64,000 bases of DNA, from contig NIVC01000758.1 in NCBI GenBank assembly GCA_002269645.1, positions 124,001 to 188,000 of the forward strand. Direction: 5' to 3'. Below the pieces are notes generated by a model. That model saw only the letters and a program-made list of their open reading frames with translations. It was not told where the DNA came from and searched no databases. The stretch's first letter is position 1, and each line of letters opens with the position of its first letter. This DNA is from Macrostomum lignano (Eukaryota). Position numbers and translations under genes: made by a program. Shown one piece after another: positions 1-13,310 of this stretch.

Positions 1-769
1 CTCGACGGATAAAAGAATTTGCGGCGGCGAATCACAGACTGAGGCGGTTTGAAGGCTTCGGTGTGCTCGGGTTTTCAGTTGCTATGGGCGGTGCGCGAAT
101 GCTCAAGAATTACAACAGAGAGAGAGAGGGGGAAGATGGGGCTAGCGAAATGGGCGGCAACGCCTCCTCGCTGTTTCCGGACGCACGGAGCCCCCTGCAG
201 CTAAGTCAAGTAAGAGGGGGAAGATGAGGCAGAAACCGCTGAGTAGGCAAAGTGGGGATAAATTGGGATAAATCGATGAGTTGCAAAAGACCAGAAAAAT
301 GTCGATATTACGTCGATTGCAGAAATTTGCTCCATGCAGCTGAGCAATGGCTACATTTCCAGCCTGTGCAGCAGTGGCCTGAGTACAGCGATAGAAGGCA
401 GGTGAGCGAACGAATCATCAGATGACACAATTTGGTGCGCAAGATGTGGTAAGCTTTGATTAAATAATTATGCAGCTGCTGCTAGTTTAAGATCTCTGTG
501 ACTCAACAGTACTTCAAGTATTTCACGTAGCTTAAGCTAAATTTGAATTCGCGCCAAAATACGCGTTTTTGAACATTTTTTAACGCCCCACAAAAGTCCT
601 TAAGAACCCTAAAACCACTTTAAATCTTCCTGTTTCACTCTGTGTTTCGTTTTGTTTTACTACTGTCATCTTGGCGCGAGTTTGAATGGAATCGAATTTT
701 TATCGATCACAATCAGGCTTAATTGTGTCTCTTTATTTGTTTGTTTCTGCTTTCTAGGAGTTTCTGCTG

Positions 770-3700
770 TCAGTCAGCGCCGCCCTTGGCCGGCAGCCGG
801 GCGAACACCAGCTCCAGCGCCAGCTCGGACGCCAGCAGGCGGTCCAGCTCGGCCAGCAGCGGCCGCAGCGCCGATTCCAGCGACCGCAGCAGCGCCGGCT
901 GTGTAATTCGCTGGCCGGCCGTCCAGCTAGCGCCCTCGGCCAGCCCGGCGCGCACGCAGACGGCGAATTCGGCTGGGCAGCCGCCACCAAGCGCCTCGCC
1001 GTCGTCTGTCGGATCTTCTTCATCGACGCTCGCGGCTTCGGCGGCTTCGTTAACGGCGGCGACGACAGCTCCGGCCAGGCGGTTCGCCCAGCGCAGACAG
1101 TCGGCCGGGCTGCCCTCAGAGAGGTCGCCTTCCCGGATGGCGTGCAACCGCGTGCAGCGGACGGTCCGCTGGCCGCCAGGTGCCAGGCGGATCGTCCGGC
1201 AGCCCGTCAGCGGCTGGCCGTCCACCAGGCTGATCCAGCGCTCCGAGTTGCTGAACTCGCAGCCGGCCTCAGACGGCGAAGTTCGCCGCTCCTTGTCGTC
1301 GTCCTGGCGCGTCTGCCAGACAAACTCGACGAGATCGCCGGCCGAGTCGGCGGCCGAACAAACGGCCGACCAGGTGCGCATTGACCTGCGGGCGCGGTTT
1401 TGGAGTGGGGATTGTGGGTGGGGTTTTTGGGGTGGGTTTTGCAGAATGGGGTTTGTAGGGTGGGGTTTGTAGGGTGGGGTTTGTGGGGTGGGGTTTGTAG
1501 GGCGGGGGTTTGTGGGGTGGGGTTTGTAGGGTGGGGTTTGTAGGATGGGGTTTGTAGGATGGGGTTTGTAGGGTGGGGTTTGTAGGATGGGGTTTGTGGG
1601 GTGGGGTTTGTAGGGTGGGGTTTGTAGGTTGGGGTTTGTAGGGTGGGGTTTGTGGGTGGGGGGTTTGTAGGGTGGGGTTTGTAGGATGGGGTTTGTAGGG
1701 TGGGGTTTTTAGGGTGGGGTTTGTGGGGTGGGGTTTGTAGGATGGGGTTTGTAGGATGGGGTTTGTGGGGTGGGGTTTGTAGGATGGGGTTTGTAGGATG
1801 GGGTTTGTAGGGTGGGGTTTGTAGGATGGGGTTTGTAGGGTGGGGGTTTGTGGGGTGGGGTTTGTGGGGTGGGGTTTGTGGAGTTTGCGAGCTTGAGCTG
1901 GGGCCTCACCTGAGTGCATCTCTCAGCCGGGCCATCTGATCATCGGTGAGCTGCACTAGCACGCCGTCCTCTACGATGCTAGCCCGATTCTGGGCGAATG
2001 TGCCGCCGCCACCGTTAAATACCACAAAGGAGGCAGCCGTGATGGACAGCTGGCGACCTTCGATGCTGATTGCGCGGGTGCCGTATTCGCCTGTGATGGG
2101 TGGTCGGTGGGGTTGGTTAGCTCGCTGACTGGGGTGCGCGCTGATTGGCTGGCTGACTGGATGGGGTGGTGGCTAGGCTGTCTGACTGGGGTGAGTACTG
2201 ATTGGCTGGCTGTCGTCTATGGTGACACTGACTGTCTAGTAATAGTACAATCAATTGCCTCTTCTCTTTGCAATATTTCATCCTATGAGTCAGAGCGCTG
2301 TAGTTATACAAATTACCTTGTATTTGCAATCTTTTCCACTTACCTGCTGTTTCACACCTTATCTCCATCCAGATGATAATCATTGGTGAGAGAACAGGAC
2401 TGACTAGCTGAGGACGTATATTGCACGGGAGGTAACAAGACTGCTCCAGTTGCGGGAGAGAGCAGCAGTGGAGGAGCGGGAAAGAGAGGAGGGGGGAAGG
2501 GCGAGGGCTGGCGGAAGGAATGAGTCATGCTCCACTCTGCCCAGCCCTCTCGGCATTCAGACCGGTAGCTGCAAAAACACGTGTGCGTAAAAGCAGCAGG
2601 GATACGGGTGACGCGGCAGGTGGGTGTTGTGTGAACTGCGGCTGGAATGCAGCCAAAACTTTGCGATGTAGCTGGTTGATTTTCATTGCTCACGGCGGGA
2701 TGAGTCAGTCAGTGCATTAACGGACACTGATCCCTTCGACATCTACTTGCATTGGAAATCGATTGAAGTCAAGAGCCTTATGCTGTTAATGAGGGCGGAG
2801 AACTCGTTCCCGATAAATCGACTCCTCCATTGCTCAAGCATGGCCCTGATTTCGTGACCCTGATTTGCATCAATTATCCTCTGCCCCAATGCAATAATGA
2901 TGCTCACAAATTGTCCTCTTTGCTGTTGCTGAGCATTAGCTGCACACTTTCTCTCTGAACTCGGGTGTCCCGAATGGCCCATCCAGAGGCGGGCATGAGG
3001 ACCCTCATTAGGAGTGTGGGTTGAGACCTGTCAGTCTGGGAAAATCTAGCCTTGGGGACATTAGCCTAGTCTGGGGATCCAGGTCTAGAGAAATGGGATT
3101 ATATACGTATTGGGAAAAGCAAAGGAATCTACCCTCGGGGGAATCTACCTTCGGGGGAATCTACCTTCGGGGGAATCTACCTTCGGGGGAATCTACCTTC
3201 GGGGGAATCTACCTTCGGGGGAATCTACCCTCGAGGGAACCTACCCTCGGGGGAATCTATCTTCGGGGGAATCTACCCTCGAGGGAATCTATCTTCGGGG
3301 GAATCTACCTTCGGGGAATCTACCCTCGGGGAATCTACCCTCGGGAATCTACCCTCGGGGAATGAATCTACCCTCAAGGGAATGAATCTACCTTCGGAGG
3401 AATCTACCTTCGGAGGAATCTACCTTCGGAGGAATCTACCTTCGGAGGAATCTACCTTCGGAGGAATCTACCTTCGGGGAATGAATCTACCTTCGGGGAA
3501 TCCACCCTCCGGAATTTACCCTCGGGGGAATCTACCTTCGGGGGAATCTACCTTCGGGGAATCTACCCTCGGGTGAATCTACCCTCGAGGAAATCTACCC
3601 TTAGGGAGTAATCTACCCTCGGGGAATCTACGGCGATGGAATCTACCCTTAAGGAATCGCCAGGCAGGTATATTTAGGCAACCAACCTGTCTCGAGGTTC

Positions 3701-6700
3701 TGATGGCAGACCAGGTGGGCGTCAGCAGCCGGGCAGAAGCTCGCACCGAACGCCAGCACCAACTGCCATTGCCCGCACCGCACGACGCCGAAGTTGCGGC
3801 CGCCAGGGCCTTCTGCACGCAGTCGTAGGCTTCAACGGGGCAGCGCACCACCGTGCAGCCGGTTCGAAGCCGCACGCTGAGACCCGGCGGGCTCGGCAAC
3901 CGTGAGAGAAATTTTTGGTGTCCACCAGCATGCCGGCCAGGGAGCGGCTGAGCTCGCCAAACACGGGGCTGCGCCGGCGCACCGACGTCAGCGGGCAGGG
4001 GTACACTCGGTGCTCGCATCCCAAGCCGCAGCAGCAGCCGCATGGGAACAGCTCGGCCCAGGGCGCCTCCCACCTGATGATAAGAATTGAATGATGAGTA
4101 GGTTTTTTACACAAAGAAGAAAGATATTAAATGTCTGCTATTAATTATATTCTTGACTCATATTAGCTATGAGGCTCTCTATATTCTGAACCTCCATGAG
4201 GCTCTTCTGAACCCACTATGAGGCTCTCTACCTTCTGAACCCTCTATGAGGCTCTCTACCTTCTGAACCCTCTATGAGGCTCTCCATACCTTCTGAAAAC
4301 TCTATGAGGCTTTATATCTTCTGAACCTCCATGATGCTCCATACCTAATGAACCCTCTATGAGGCTCTATACCTAATGAACCCTCTATGAGGCTCTATAC
4401 CTAATGAACCCTCTATGAGGCTCAATACCTAATGAACATTCTATGAGGCTTTCTACCTTCTTAACCTTATAAACCTCCATGAGGCTTTCTAACTTCTGAA
4501 CCTCTATGAGGCTTTAATTAGATTAAACCCTCCATGACGCTTCAGATGAAGTTCTGATTTCTACCTGCCTGGTTTCACTTGGGTGCTTCTAATCATCCTG
4601 AAGGCTCTAACGTTGTTACTTATATTCGAAATCTGGCAGCAAGTCTCTGCATTTTGGAATTAAACAGTGCTGAACTTCAGCCAAGAGAGAGCAAGTGCGC
4701 ACAGGAGGTGGTGGCAGTGGCTCTCGTGGCAAGAAGGCAGCTGCCTTGATTCCGGTCTAGCAAACAGACACAGCCCCAGATAAGAATTTTTAGTTTATGG
4801 GAAGCGTGGGTGCACCGCGACTTTCATTGCAGTTTGGGAAGGCAAAGTTTGTTATGCTTTCTGGCAGCACTGCAGAGGAGGTCTGAGTCAGACCGCCGCA
4901 TTGCCGCAGTGAATTGCTGCCTTCTGCAGCTTTTAGCAGTTGAAAATCGTAAAAGTGACACACGGCCGCCCAACCCCCCCCCCTCCAGCATCCGCGAGCC
5001 GCAGTAAATTTAATCTGGGGAGATTCTGGGCCCAGGCAGGCAGCCGGTTGATGTCGAGTTAGCGAAGGTCGCTGAGTCACCGCCAGCCACCCAGGCCTGA
5101 CCGCAGCACTGGCGACGCGTCTTATCAGGGGTGGGGGTTTCGGGGCAAGCGAGGTAAGCAGGGGGAGGCTGGGCGCTCCATCAGGCTGGGCTTCCATTGA
5201 CCCGAATTAGCGTTCGCGGCGAACGACCTGGGGGTGTGGAATTCCCGGTGGAAACTGCGCGCTCGGAAGCTGAAGGCTTTGCCCCGAAGGCTGACAATTT
5301 ATTGGGGGAAATATATGACGCAATTCGCTAAAAGCTGCCACAATTATTTACAATTTTCTTACCTCAAAATGCGACTAAAAAGGACTTGGGTCACTTTCGA
5401 TCAAACCAAAATTCGCTGGTTTTTACACTTCACAATCCTTTCAAATTCCCCTAAGCTTCAAATCCCCAAGCTTTTAAATTCCCCCAAGCTTCAAATTCCC
5501 AAAGCTTCAAATCCCCTCAAGCTTTTAAATTCCCTAAGGTTCAACTTCCCCAAGCTTCAAATTCCCCAAGCGTCAAATTGCCCCAAGCTTCAAATTCCTT
5601 AAGCTTCAGACTCCCCTAAGCTTCAAATTCCCCAAGCGTCAAATTGCCCCAAGCTTCAAATTCCTTAAGCTTCAGACTCCCCTAAGCTTCAAATTCCTCA
5701 AGCTTCAAATTCCTCAAGCTTCAAGTTCCCCAAGCTTCAAGTTCCCCAATCTTTAAATTCCCCAAGCTTCAAGTTCCCCCCAAGCTTCAAATTCCCCAAG
5801 CTTCAAATTCACCAAGCCTCAAATTCCCCAAGCCTCAAATTCCCCAAGCCTCAAATTCCCCAAGCCTCAAATTCCCCGAGCTTAAAATTCCCCTCACCTG
5901 AGCACCAGCAGTCCACAGAGCGGCGGCTGCCCTCCGGCCTCAGCCGGGAGCCCCAGGTGCAGCGTGCAGTGCAGGCGACCCGGCCGGAACAGCAACAAAC
6001 CGGCGTGGCTCCGGTCGCCTAGCAACGGGCCGAGACGCCTCGGCGCCGGCAGGAAGTCCAGATGGCCCAGCCAGCCGCCCGAGTAGGCCCGCTCGTAGGC
6101 CGAGTACACCAGGGCGAAGGCGTGCGGCGGCGGCAGCGCCTCGCCGTCGTCCCGCTGAATGAGCAGGAACAGCTCCGCCTGGCCGACGGTGCTCAGGCCG
6201 CGGCTCAGCAGCAGCCACCAGGCCGAGCCGGCCGGGGTGCAGCAGGGCAGCGACTGCAGCAGGCGGGCGGTCACCCGGACGCTGCGGCAGACTCGGTAGC
6301 TCAGCGTCCGGCCCGCTGCCAGGGCGGCCTCGGCATCTTCGAGAGGCGGCGCATGACTGCACAGCGGCGGCAGCTGCGAGCCGTCCAGCGGGGCGAGGCT
6401 CGGCTCCAGGCCGTCGCCGCGGTCGGGGCTGACAGCGCCGGGTCGAACGCCGTCTTCGAAAACCACGCTGCGGGGCGGCTGCGGCGCCAGTCCGGGGCGG
6501 GGGACTCCAGGCGGCCGCTGTGGCGGAGGCGCCGATGGAGGTGGCAGCGGAGGCGGAGGTGGAGGCGGCGGCAGCGTCAGCTGCTGGTGGCAGGCGGCGC
6601 AGACGCGAGCCTTGGCGCCGCCCAGGAAGGCCAAGCGGGCCGTGTGGCAGGCGCAGGCGGAGCAGAGGACGCGCCCGCAGGCGCGGCAGTGGTGGCGCCG

Positions 6701-7774
6701 GCGCAGCACGGTGAACTTGGCGCCGCACCGCATGCAGAGCGGGGCGTCCCGGTCCGGCACCCAGTAGGGCTTGACGAAGCCGAGCTGCGAGCTGCAGCTG
6801 AGGGTCGAGGAGGCGGTGGAGGCGGTCGGAGACTCCATCTCGGCATCCTCGACGGCGCCCGTAACGGCAGCGGCCGCGGCGCTAGCGGCGGAAACAACTG
6901 CGGCGACTGTCGGCTCGGTGGATGGGGAAGAGGACGAGGACAGCGTCAGGGTGCTGCTAGGCGTCGGCGGGGGAAAGGGCGACGGCGGCAACTCGGAGCT
7001 CGGCGTGGCGGCCGGTGCCTGGGTCAGAAAATTTGCCGCCGGCGTAAATGCAAGGCCGCTGCCGCCGCCGCTTGGCCGAAGCCGCTTTACGGCAGGCGGA
7101 AGCTCCGGGAACGGCGACGGCCGGCGCAGTCCTAGCGGCGAGGGCGTCGGCTGGGTCGGCGTCGCAGGGGAGGCGGCTGCAGCTTGCGGCGACTGGCTGG
7201 CGGCCTCAGCGGGTGTCCAGCGAGAAGGCAGGCAGAGGGAGGTCGGCCGCCGGCTTGGCAGCGCGCGGACCGGCGCCGGGGACGGGGAGGCGGCGGCGGA
7301 GGCTGCCGTGGTTGCCGCCGGCTGCTGGGGCGTGGCCGGCGGGGCCCACTGGCCGGCGGGGGTGACGAGCAGCAGCGATGACGGCCTGGCCGGCCTCCGA
7401 GCCGGCAAAGCTGACTGGAGTGAAAGCGGCGGGGGCGGCGTGAGGAGCAACGAGGGCGGCGCCGGCTGGGTCTGGGCTGGCGGCGGCGATTGAAGCTGCT
7501 GCGGCGCGGCCTGTGTCGCCGCGGGCCCGGAATCGGCGATGTTGGTGATGTCGTTGGTCGGCGTTCGGACCGACTGCTCACCGTTGGAGCCGCCGTGGCC
7601 GTCCGCCTTAGCCGGCGAGGTCAGGGGTTCGTTCTCCTCCATGGCCTCAACGCCAGGCGACGCGGCGGAGGTCGACGCCGAAGCCGGCGCTGAGGTGGTC
7701 GCGGGTGCGGATTCGGCCGCAGTGGAGGCCGCGGCAGTGGGCAGAGTCAGCTGCAGGGATTTCGGCCGCTGCAT
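770..7774 (-). CDS. ZFYVE9: FYVE-domain endosomal scaffold of the SARA/endofin (ZFYVE9/ZFYVE16) family; exons 5898-7774, 3687-4073, 1910-2090, 770-1385
   Basis: Exon 1 has the FYVE finger (WVPD..CMRC..RRHHCRACGRVLC..RVC) and RSVVFEDG. Later exons give WEAPWAELFP, VYPCPLTSVRRRSPVFGE, ADAHLVCHQN, TRAISIEGRQLSITAASFVVFNG and ASIVEDGVLVQL, matching the SARA C-terminal (DUF3480-type) region as I recall it. All junctions are GT-AG. Exon 2 has several frameshifts. ZFYVE9 versus ZFYVE16 cannot be resolved. Confidence 0.9.
1430..1885. repeat. 15-bp G-rich minisatellite (GGGGTTTGTAGGGTG) in SARA intron 3
   Basis: About 30 tandem units visible directly. Confidence 0.95.
3125..3650. repeat. 16-bp minisatellite (GGGAATCTACCTTCGG) in SARA intron 2
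   Basis: Tandem units visible directly. Confidence 0.95.
4165..4530. repeat. ~27-bp degenerate minisatellite (CTCTATGAGGCTCTCTACCTTCTGAAC) in SARA intron 1
   Basis: Tandem units visible directly. Confidence 0.9.
5440..5885. repeat. 16-bp minisatellite (AAGCTTCAAATTCCCC) in SARA intron 1, running up to the donor site
   Basis: Tandem units visible directly. Confidence 0.95.
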
Positions 7775-8784
7775 GCCGGTGAGCTGAGGGCTTCTTGTCT
7801 CGTCGGGTCGGCAGTTGCAGTGTTTTTATCGAGAAGCGCTGGGCCGCCTCATCGCAGCTTCTGCTGCTGACAGTTGCCGGCTGGAGTTGATGAGGCCATC
7901 CCGGGCTCCAGAAGGATTTCTTCTCCTTTCTTTCCTCCTGTGGAGATGCGGGAATCGGGGGGGGGGGGCGGTGAGCTGCGGTGCTCAGACGTCCTTAGCG
8001 TTTTTTTGCTTTCCCGCATTGGCAGCACGCGAGCGGGAATGAGGCGGGAGAGACGGGACGGGAGAAAAGCGGAGTGAGCGATGACGTCATGGCCTCCCAG
8101 CCTCCCTGCTGCCTTGGCCGTTTCTAAGAAAGTGAAACCTGTGGAAAGCGATGATGAGAAGAATAAAAATTGATGGGTCCATTTTTTTCGATCGTTCCTT
8201 CTGGGACGCTCAAATTTGCTATTCCGCCTGCGGTGGCTGCTGGGCAATCAGATTAGCGGATGCCGGGTTGCCGGGCCGAGATGCAGCTGGGGAATCGGCC
8301 CCGGTTCGCTTGCTCAATTAAACCCCTCTCGGGCCAGTTCAAGCCAGGGGATTCTGGACTGCTGGCATTGGCATTTTGCAAGGACTGGAGGCGGACTCGC
8401 GCCAGCGGCAAGCGTCTCCGCCCTGCATGGATATAAATTATCCAAATCGAGCTGCCAGCAGTCTTGAATTAGCAAAGAATGCAGCGGCCGCAGTGGAGGC
8501 GGAAATGACTCAGCAGCACTGCAGTCTGACCCGCTTATTCTACAGGCTTAATTTTACTGCTGATGAAGAATGCAAATTTCTGTTAAACTGCAGAGCCCCT
8601 CCCCAGGCCAGAATTCTGGTGCGCTCGGTGACTGCTGCAGCCTCGAGAGCAGAAGCTGTAGCGGACTTGCTCGAACGCTGGGCTGAGAGACTGCGCCGCT
8701 GCGGTGCGGCAGGACTCGAACTCAGGTGGTGCGCTACGGTTTTTAGAGCCCCCTTTGATTGGTAATTACGAGCTAGTGCTCTTT

Positions 8785-8970
8785 TTTGGAGTGCCCTTTG
8801 GGGTGCTTTTCGGAGTGCTCTTTGAAGTGCCCTCGGAGTTCTCTTCTGAGTGCTCTTCGGTGTGCTCTTCAGAGTGCTCTTTGGAGTGCTTTTCGGAGTG
8901 CTCTTCGGAGTGCTACATGTACTGCCCTGTGGAGTGCTCAAAGGAGTGACGCTCTGAGTGCTCCCTGTTT
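8785..8970. repeat. 12-bp minisatellite (GAGTGCTCTTCG)
   Basis: Tandem units visible directly. Confidence 0.85.
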
Positions 8971-11900
8971 TTGCTCCAGGGTTTCATACTTTCAATATTC
9001 TATTGTAAAAGTTACACAAGTAGTTATTCGACTAACCAGAAATGTTTCAGCCGATCTCGACTTTCCCAGTCGTCACTCTCGCCCTGGCGGTCTTGCAGTC
9101 TTCCTGCTGGTTGCGAATGGCTCGAATTGTCGAACGCAGCTGAGGTTTGAGCCCCGACCAGGCCAGTCCCTTATGCTATCCGGCGCGCACAGCAGTTATC
9201 AATGCGAGTCTCATGCGGCGCAGTGACTTGCGAGGGGGTTGGGGTGTCGCGTGCCCGTGCAATGTCGAGCTTGTCGTCCCTTGCTCAGCAGTGCTGTGGG
9301 GCCTTCCTGTCTTTTCTCTCTCCGCTTCTCTCCGCGTCTGTTGAGGTTGTGTGGCTCGGCGAGGGAGAGAGAAAAGAGAGGGAGGCATTGCCGCGGGGCG
9401 GGGGGAGGGGTAGGCTTAACCCAGGCCGCCCGCATGCCTGCAGTATAGTACTGCTGCTGCCGCTGCATGCGGCTCCCCCGCCTGCGCCCCCGCCCTCTGA
9501 CTTGGCTCCGCTGTACAGGGGGGGGGGGGGGCAGAGGTGAACGGAGACGAGAGCCGTGAAGGGCTGCGTGGGAAACTTATTGGCCAGCGTGGGAGCGCGC
9601 GGTAGAGGCCAGGGCAGGGAAGGGCGAGATTTAATATCCTCATCTCTTCCCCCGCGACCTTCCCCCGGGTGAACGCACGCGGGCGCTTGGGAGAAAAGTA
9701 CGGCTGCCAGCGAAAACCCGCGCTGCCCGCCTCTCAACCCGGCAAAGCGGCGACCTTAAGGCTCTCTCTCAATCTACAAGATCCTCTTTTGATAATGGGC
9801 AAGTTGGCTCCTCCAGAGGGAGACGCGGGACTGGCTAAAGCACCCATACCCGTGCGTGTGCTATACTCGTATGGAGGGCAGCGAATATTATTTTGCCTCT
9901 AGTCAACTTTTACCCCGCTAAATAAACTCCTGTGACTCACGTGGCCAGCCAGGCAATTTGAGATCTACCCAGCTAGCTTGACAGCAACTCTACCAATTTA
10001 CCAATTTATTGGACAACCAAGTTCCAAGGTCCAGTCATCCAATTGCAGGCGTCGATTTTCATAAATCCCTGCTTCATTTATAGTCAAATAAACAGCTGAG
10101 ATATCAAGGGCTCACGGGTGGTGTTGTTGAGATTTCAAGAGCCAGGAACTTTGGGAGGAATTGCTGTCGCTGAGATGCCAAGGGTCAACTGGAAGTTGTT
10201 GGTGGCCAAGCCAAAAGGTAGATGAAATGGAGAGTTAGGGTTACGCCATTGACTTAAAGGGAGGGATACCGATATCTTAGGCTCAACAGCTGTTTTAATA
10301 GCTACTGAACAAGGTCAAAACCCACATGTGTAGTTTATGCGAAAAATTCTTCTTTTCTTGCCTCAGCCCAGTGGGCGCAGATTGCAGTCAAATCTGATGG
10401 TTGGCCTTATCATACATCATGCAATAAGTACACAAGTAAAAATAAATGTTTTTTCTGCGCACCAAGTTTTTTTCCTGTTTTACCAGCCTGTTTTAGTAGA
10501 TCTAAAATAAAAAAAGATAATTTCGTCAAATTTTGTTTAAATTAGTTTTTTAATTTCATCGGGTCCATCTGCTTTATGAGCCAAGAAATTGTTACTTGTT
10601 ACCAGAAAATATATTGAGCATACCCAATACCTACTCTCTGGTTGTAACAAGTTCTATTAAATACGAGCGAGCTACGTATGATCTAGTTTCACCATAGATA
10701 TTCGTATGGTCATGGATGGGGTCATTGATTGGTTTTAACGTTTTACGTTATAACATAAAACATTTCACTTGTTTTCTTTTTTGAATACACAGACAATTAA
10801 CAAACATATTGTATACAAGATAAAAACATATCGTTCGTTGTTTATTTGCACATTGACATTTGTTTAGAATTGTATTGTTTGTTTGGCAAAACAACTTTCG
10901 GCGAAAGAACCTGCTAGCTTTTGGCGAATCGAGTTTCGGCGAATCAACCTTCGGCGAATCGACTTGCTACTGTGGTAGGCGCGAGGCCTCACCACTATTC
11001 CCAACAAATGAAATTTTTATTTTTCCTTTGTGTGGATTTGCTCACCAAAGTGAAATTGCGGTACGTATATTGACGTCATTTCCCTGCGTATGGAAATCCC
11101 CTTTTCCTCTTAGTGTAATTCGAGTGCCCACTCCCTGTAATTTTGTTTTACTGTTACTTTGAACAGGGTTACACCCGGTGTTTAGTCGTTACCACACCCA
11201 GTGTACCCATCTTTAAAGAAAATTTAAAGGAAAATTTTCCATTACATCATGTAATTCTCTCTCCCACCCGGGGCCGTAACCTTTTCCTCGCAGTGGCTAA
11301 TGATCATGAGAGCATATTTAGGAGTCTGCACCCCTCCTTTTCCAGCCAGACTCTAAACTGGAACCCCTTTTCTCCCCGTCCCAGCAGACTACAAGTTCCA
11401 AATATTCAAGTGGACCCGGTGTAAGCCCATCGCAGTGATCTCCAGACCCGCGACCAGACCCTCTCCAACTAGCCATCTAATTAATCTGCTCAATAATAAT
11501 AATTATAATAGTCATTTCTTTTTTACCTCGCTAACTAATAATAATAATATTCAGTCTAGTGCATGCCAATCAATTAAGTGGTTAACTTGTGTTAAACGGT
11601 GTCTTAAGCCTTCGTGACCTCGGGTGTATTTGACCCTCGGGTGTACTGAAGAGAAGCTCTAGGGCTGATTCGAGCAAATTTAAGCTTTAGAGCTTTTCTC
11701 CGCGAATTTCCGCGATTTATGGCAGTGACCTTACTACTCTTAGTACAACTCTGCAGCAAATTTCAGTTTATTTTCAGTTCTCGATCCGTAGCGGCTACAT
11801 TTTCTACATTCGGCATTCTGAGAGACGGCATTAACTAGACCGCTCAGTCTCTACCACAGCTACCCTCCGCTGAGCCTGTGGAACTCAGCAGCCGGAGCTC

Positions 11901-13310
11901 CCCTTTATTTCGCACCCCGCGACTCATTCGCGTTTGCTTAAATCGCAAGACCAGCGCCGATTCGAATGGCCAAAACCGAAATCTCCGGACCTCGACTCGA
12001 GGGCGCGCCTCAACCTGGGCGTCCTCACTACCCTCTTACCATTCTGTTTTGTGTGGCTTGATGGACTTGACATTTCACATAAATTTATCCTAGATTTAGA
12101 ATATAAAAGGTGTCCTAAACTTCTAATTAAAGTGAAAGTAATGAATAATGATTCATGATTCTAATAGGGTGCTAAAAATTATCTATTCCAACTTGGGTAA
12201 AAGCAAGCATCAGTAGAGCTAGGGCAATGCAGACTTTCAGAACATAGACAACTAAGATTTGTTAATGTCATGAACACAACTCTAGATAAGTGTAACAACA
12301 TCCCATATTTGCCTTATAGATTATTAATATTAGTCTAAAACACCTAGACTAAGAGATATATGAGAACCTAAGATCTATATCCATGGTGCCAACACAATCA
12401 GTAGGAAAATGGTATGGTAGGCCTATGTGAAACAGTTTTAAGCTAGTTGGCAAAGTATGACCAATCAATGCATTCTACCTCTAAATGGTAGAAGTGTGTC
12501 TATCTAGCTACCCTTATTATACTATACCCAAAATGGGCCATTATTGCAGATAGCATCTAGCACAGAGTAGCCTCTAGTGGTAGTGCAGTGTGTATTGGTA
12601 GTGTGGACTGTGTGGTGCATAGCAATAACACAAGGTAGGGGGAAGGGCATAGAAACAGGAAGGGGGATGCACATAGGGATAAAGGCACAAAGAAGGGTTT
12701 CAGTATAGCAAATTACCCTATCAAATTAACAAATCTTAGATAGTCATTTATCATATTTTTAATATTTCCCAATGTTCTATCATTATAAAGATTGCAGATT
12801 TAAAAAAAGCAGGTTTATCATATGGTGGAGTTAACAGCAAAATAATATTATATGTCATAGTGCATTGCAGTTAATAAGCAGCAGTCCTAGAATCATTGTG
12901 CATATAAAATAGAGCCTACCATAAGAGAAATATAGCTGTCATTTTGAGAGTGAGACAGAATAAAGAGTTTTAGATCATTAACATTTTCTATTATTTATTT
13001 TATTTTTGTTTTTTTATAATGAATCTTTGTTTTTGCCATATTGTCATAACAACAATTATATAATTTTGAAATTGTTGCTTCCATATTTCAAAGAAACTTA
13101 AAAAGACAAGCCAAAAAAGGTCTTTATTATTGTAGCCCCAAAAAGATCATTTATTGTTGCAACTTGATAGTAGCTCCCAATAGAAAATCCTATATATGCC
13201 ACTAGAGCTTTGTGCTAAAACAGTCTATTATAAGAAAAGGGATATCTAGTGTGTTTTAAACCTTGGCTACAATAGGGCTAGCTACATAGAGACTATGTTA
13301 AAATAAAAAT

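Noticed and set aside
6062-7693. Plus-strand ORFs overlapping SARA exon 1 (and similar antisense ORFs over NCAPD2, the ankyrin gene and pol)
   Set aside because: Expected shadow ORFs of GC-rich coding sequence.
8376-8765. 129-aa ORF as a gene
   Set aside because: No recognisable domain and no convincing partner exons; left uncalled.
11644-11715. CTGAAGAG followed by a stem-loop as a hammerhead ribozyme
   Set aside because: No GAAA follows the stem, so the catalytic core cannot be completed.
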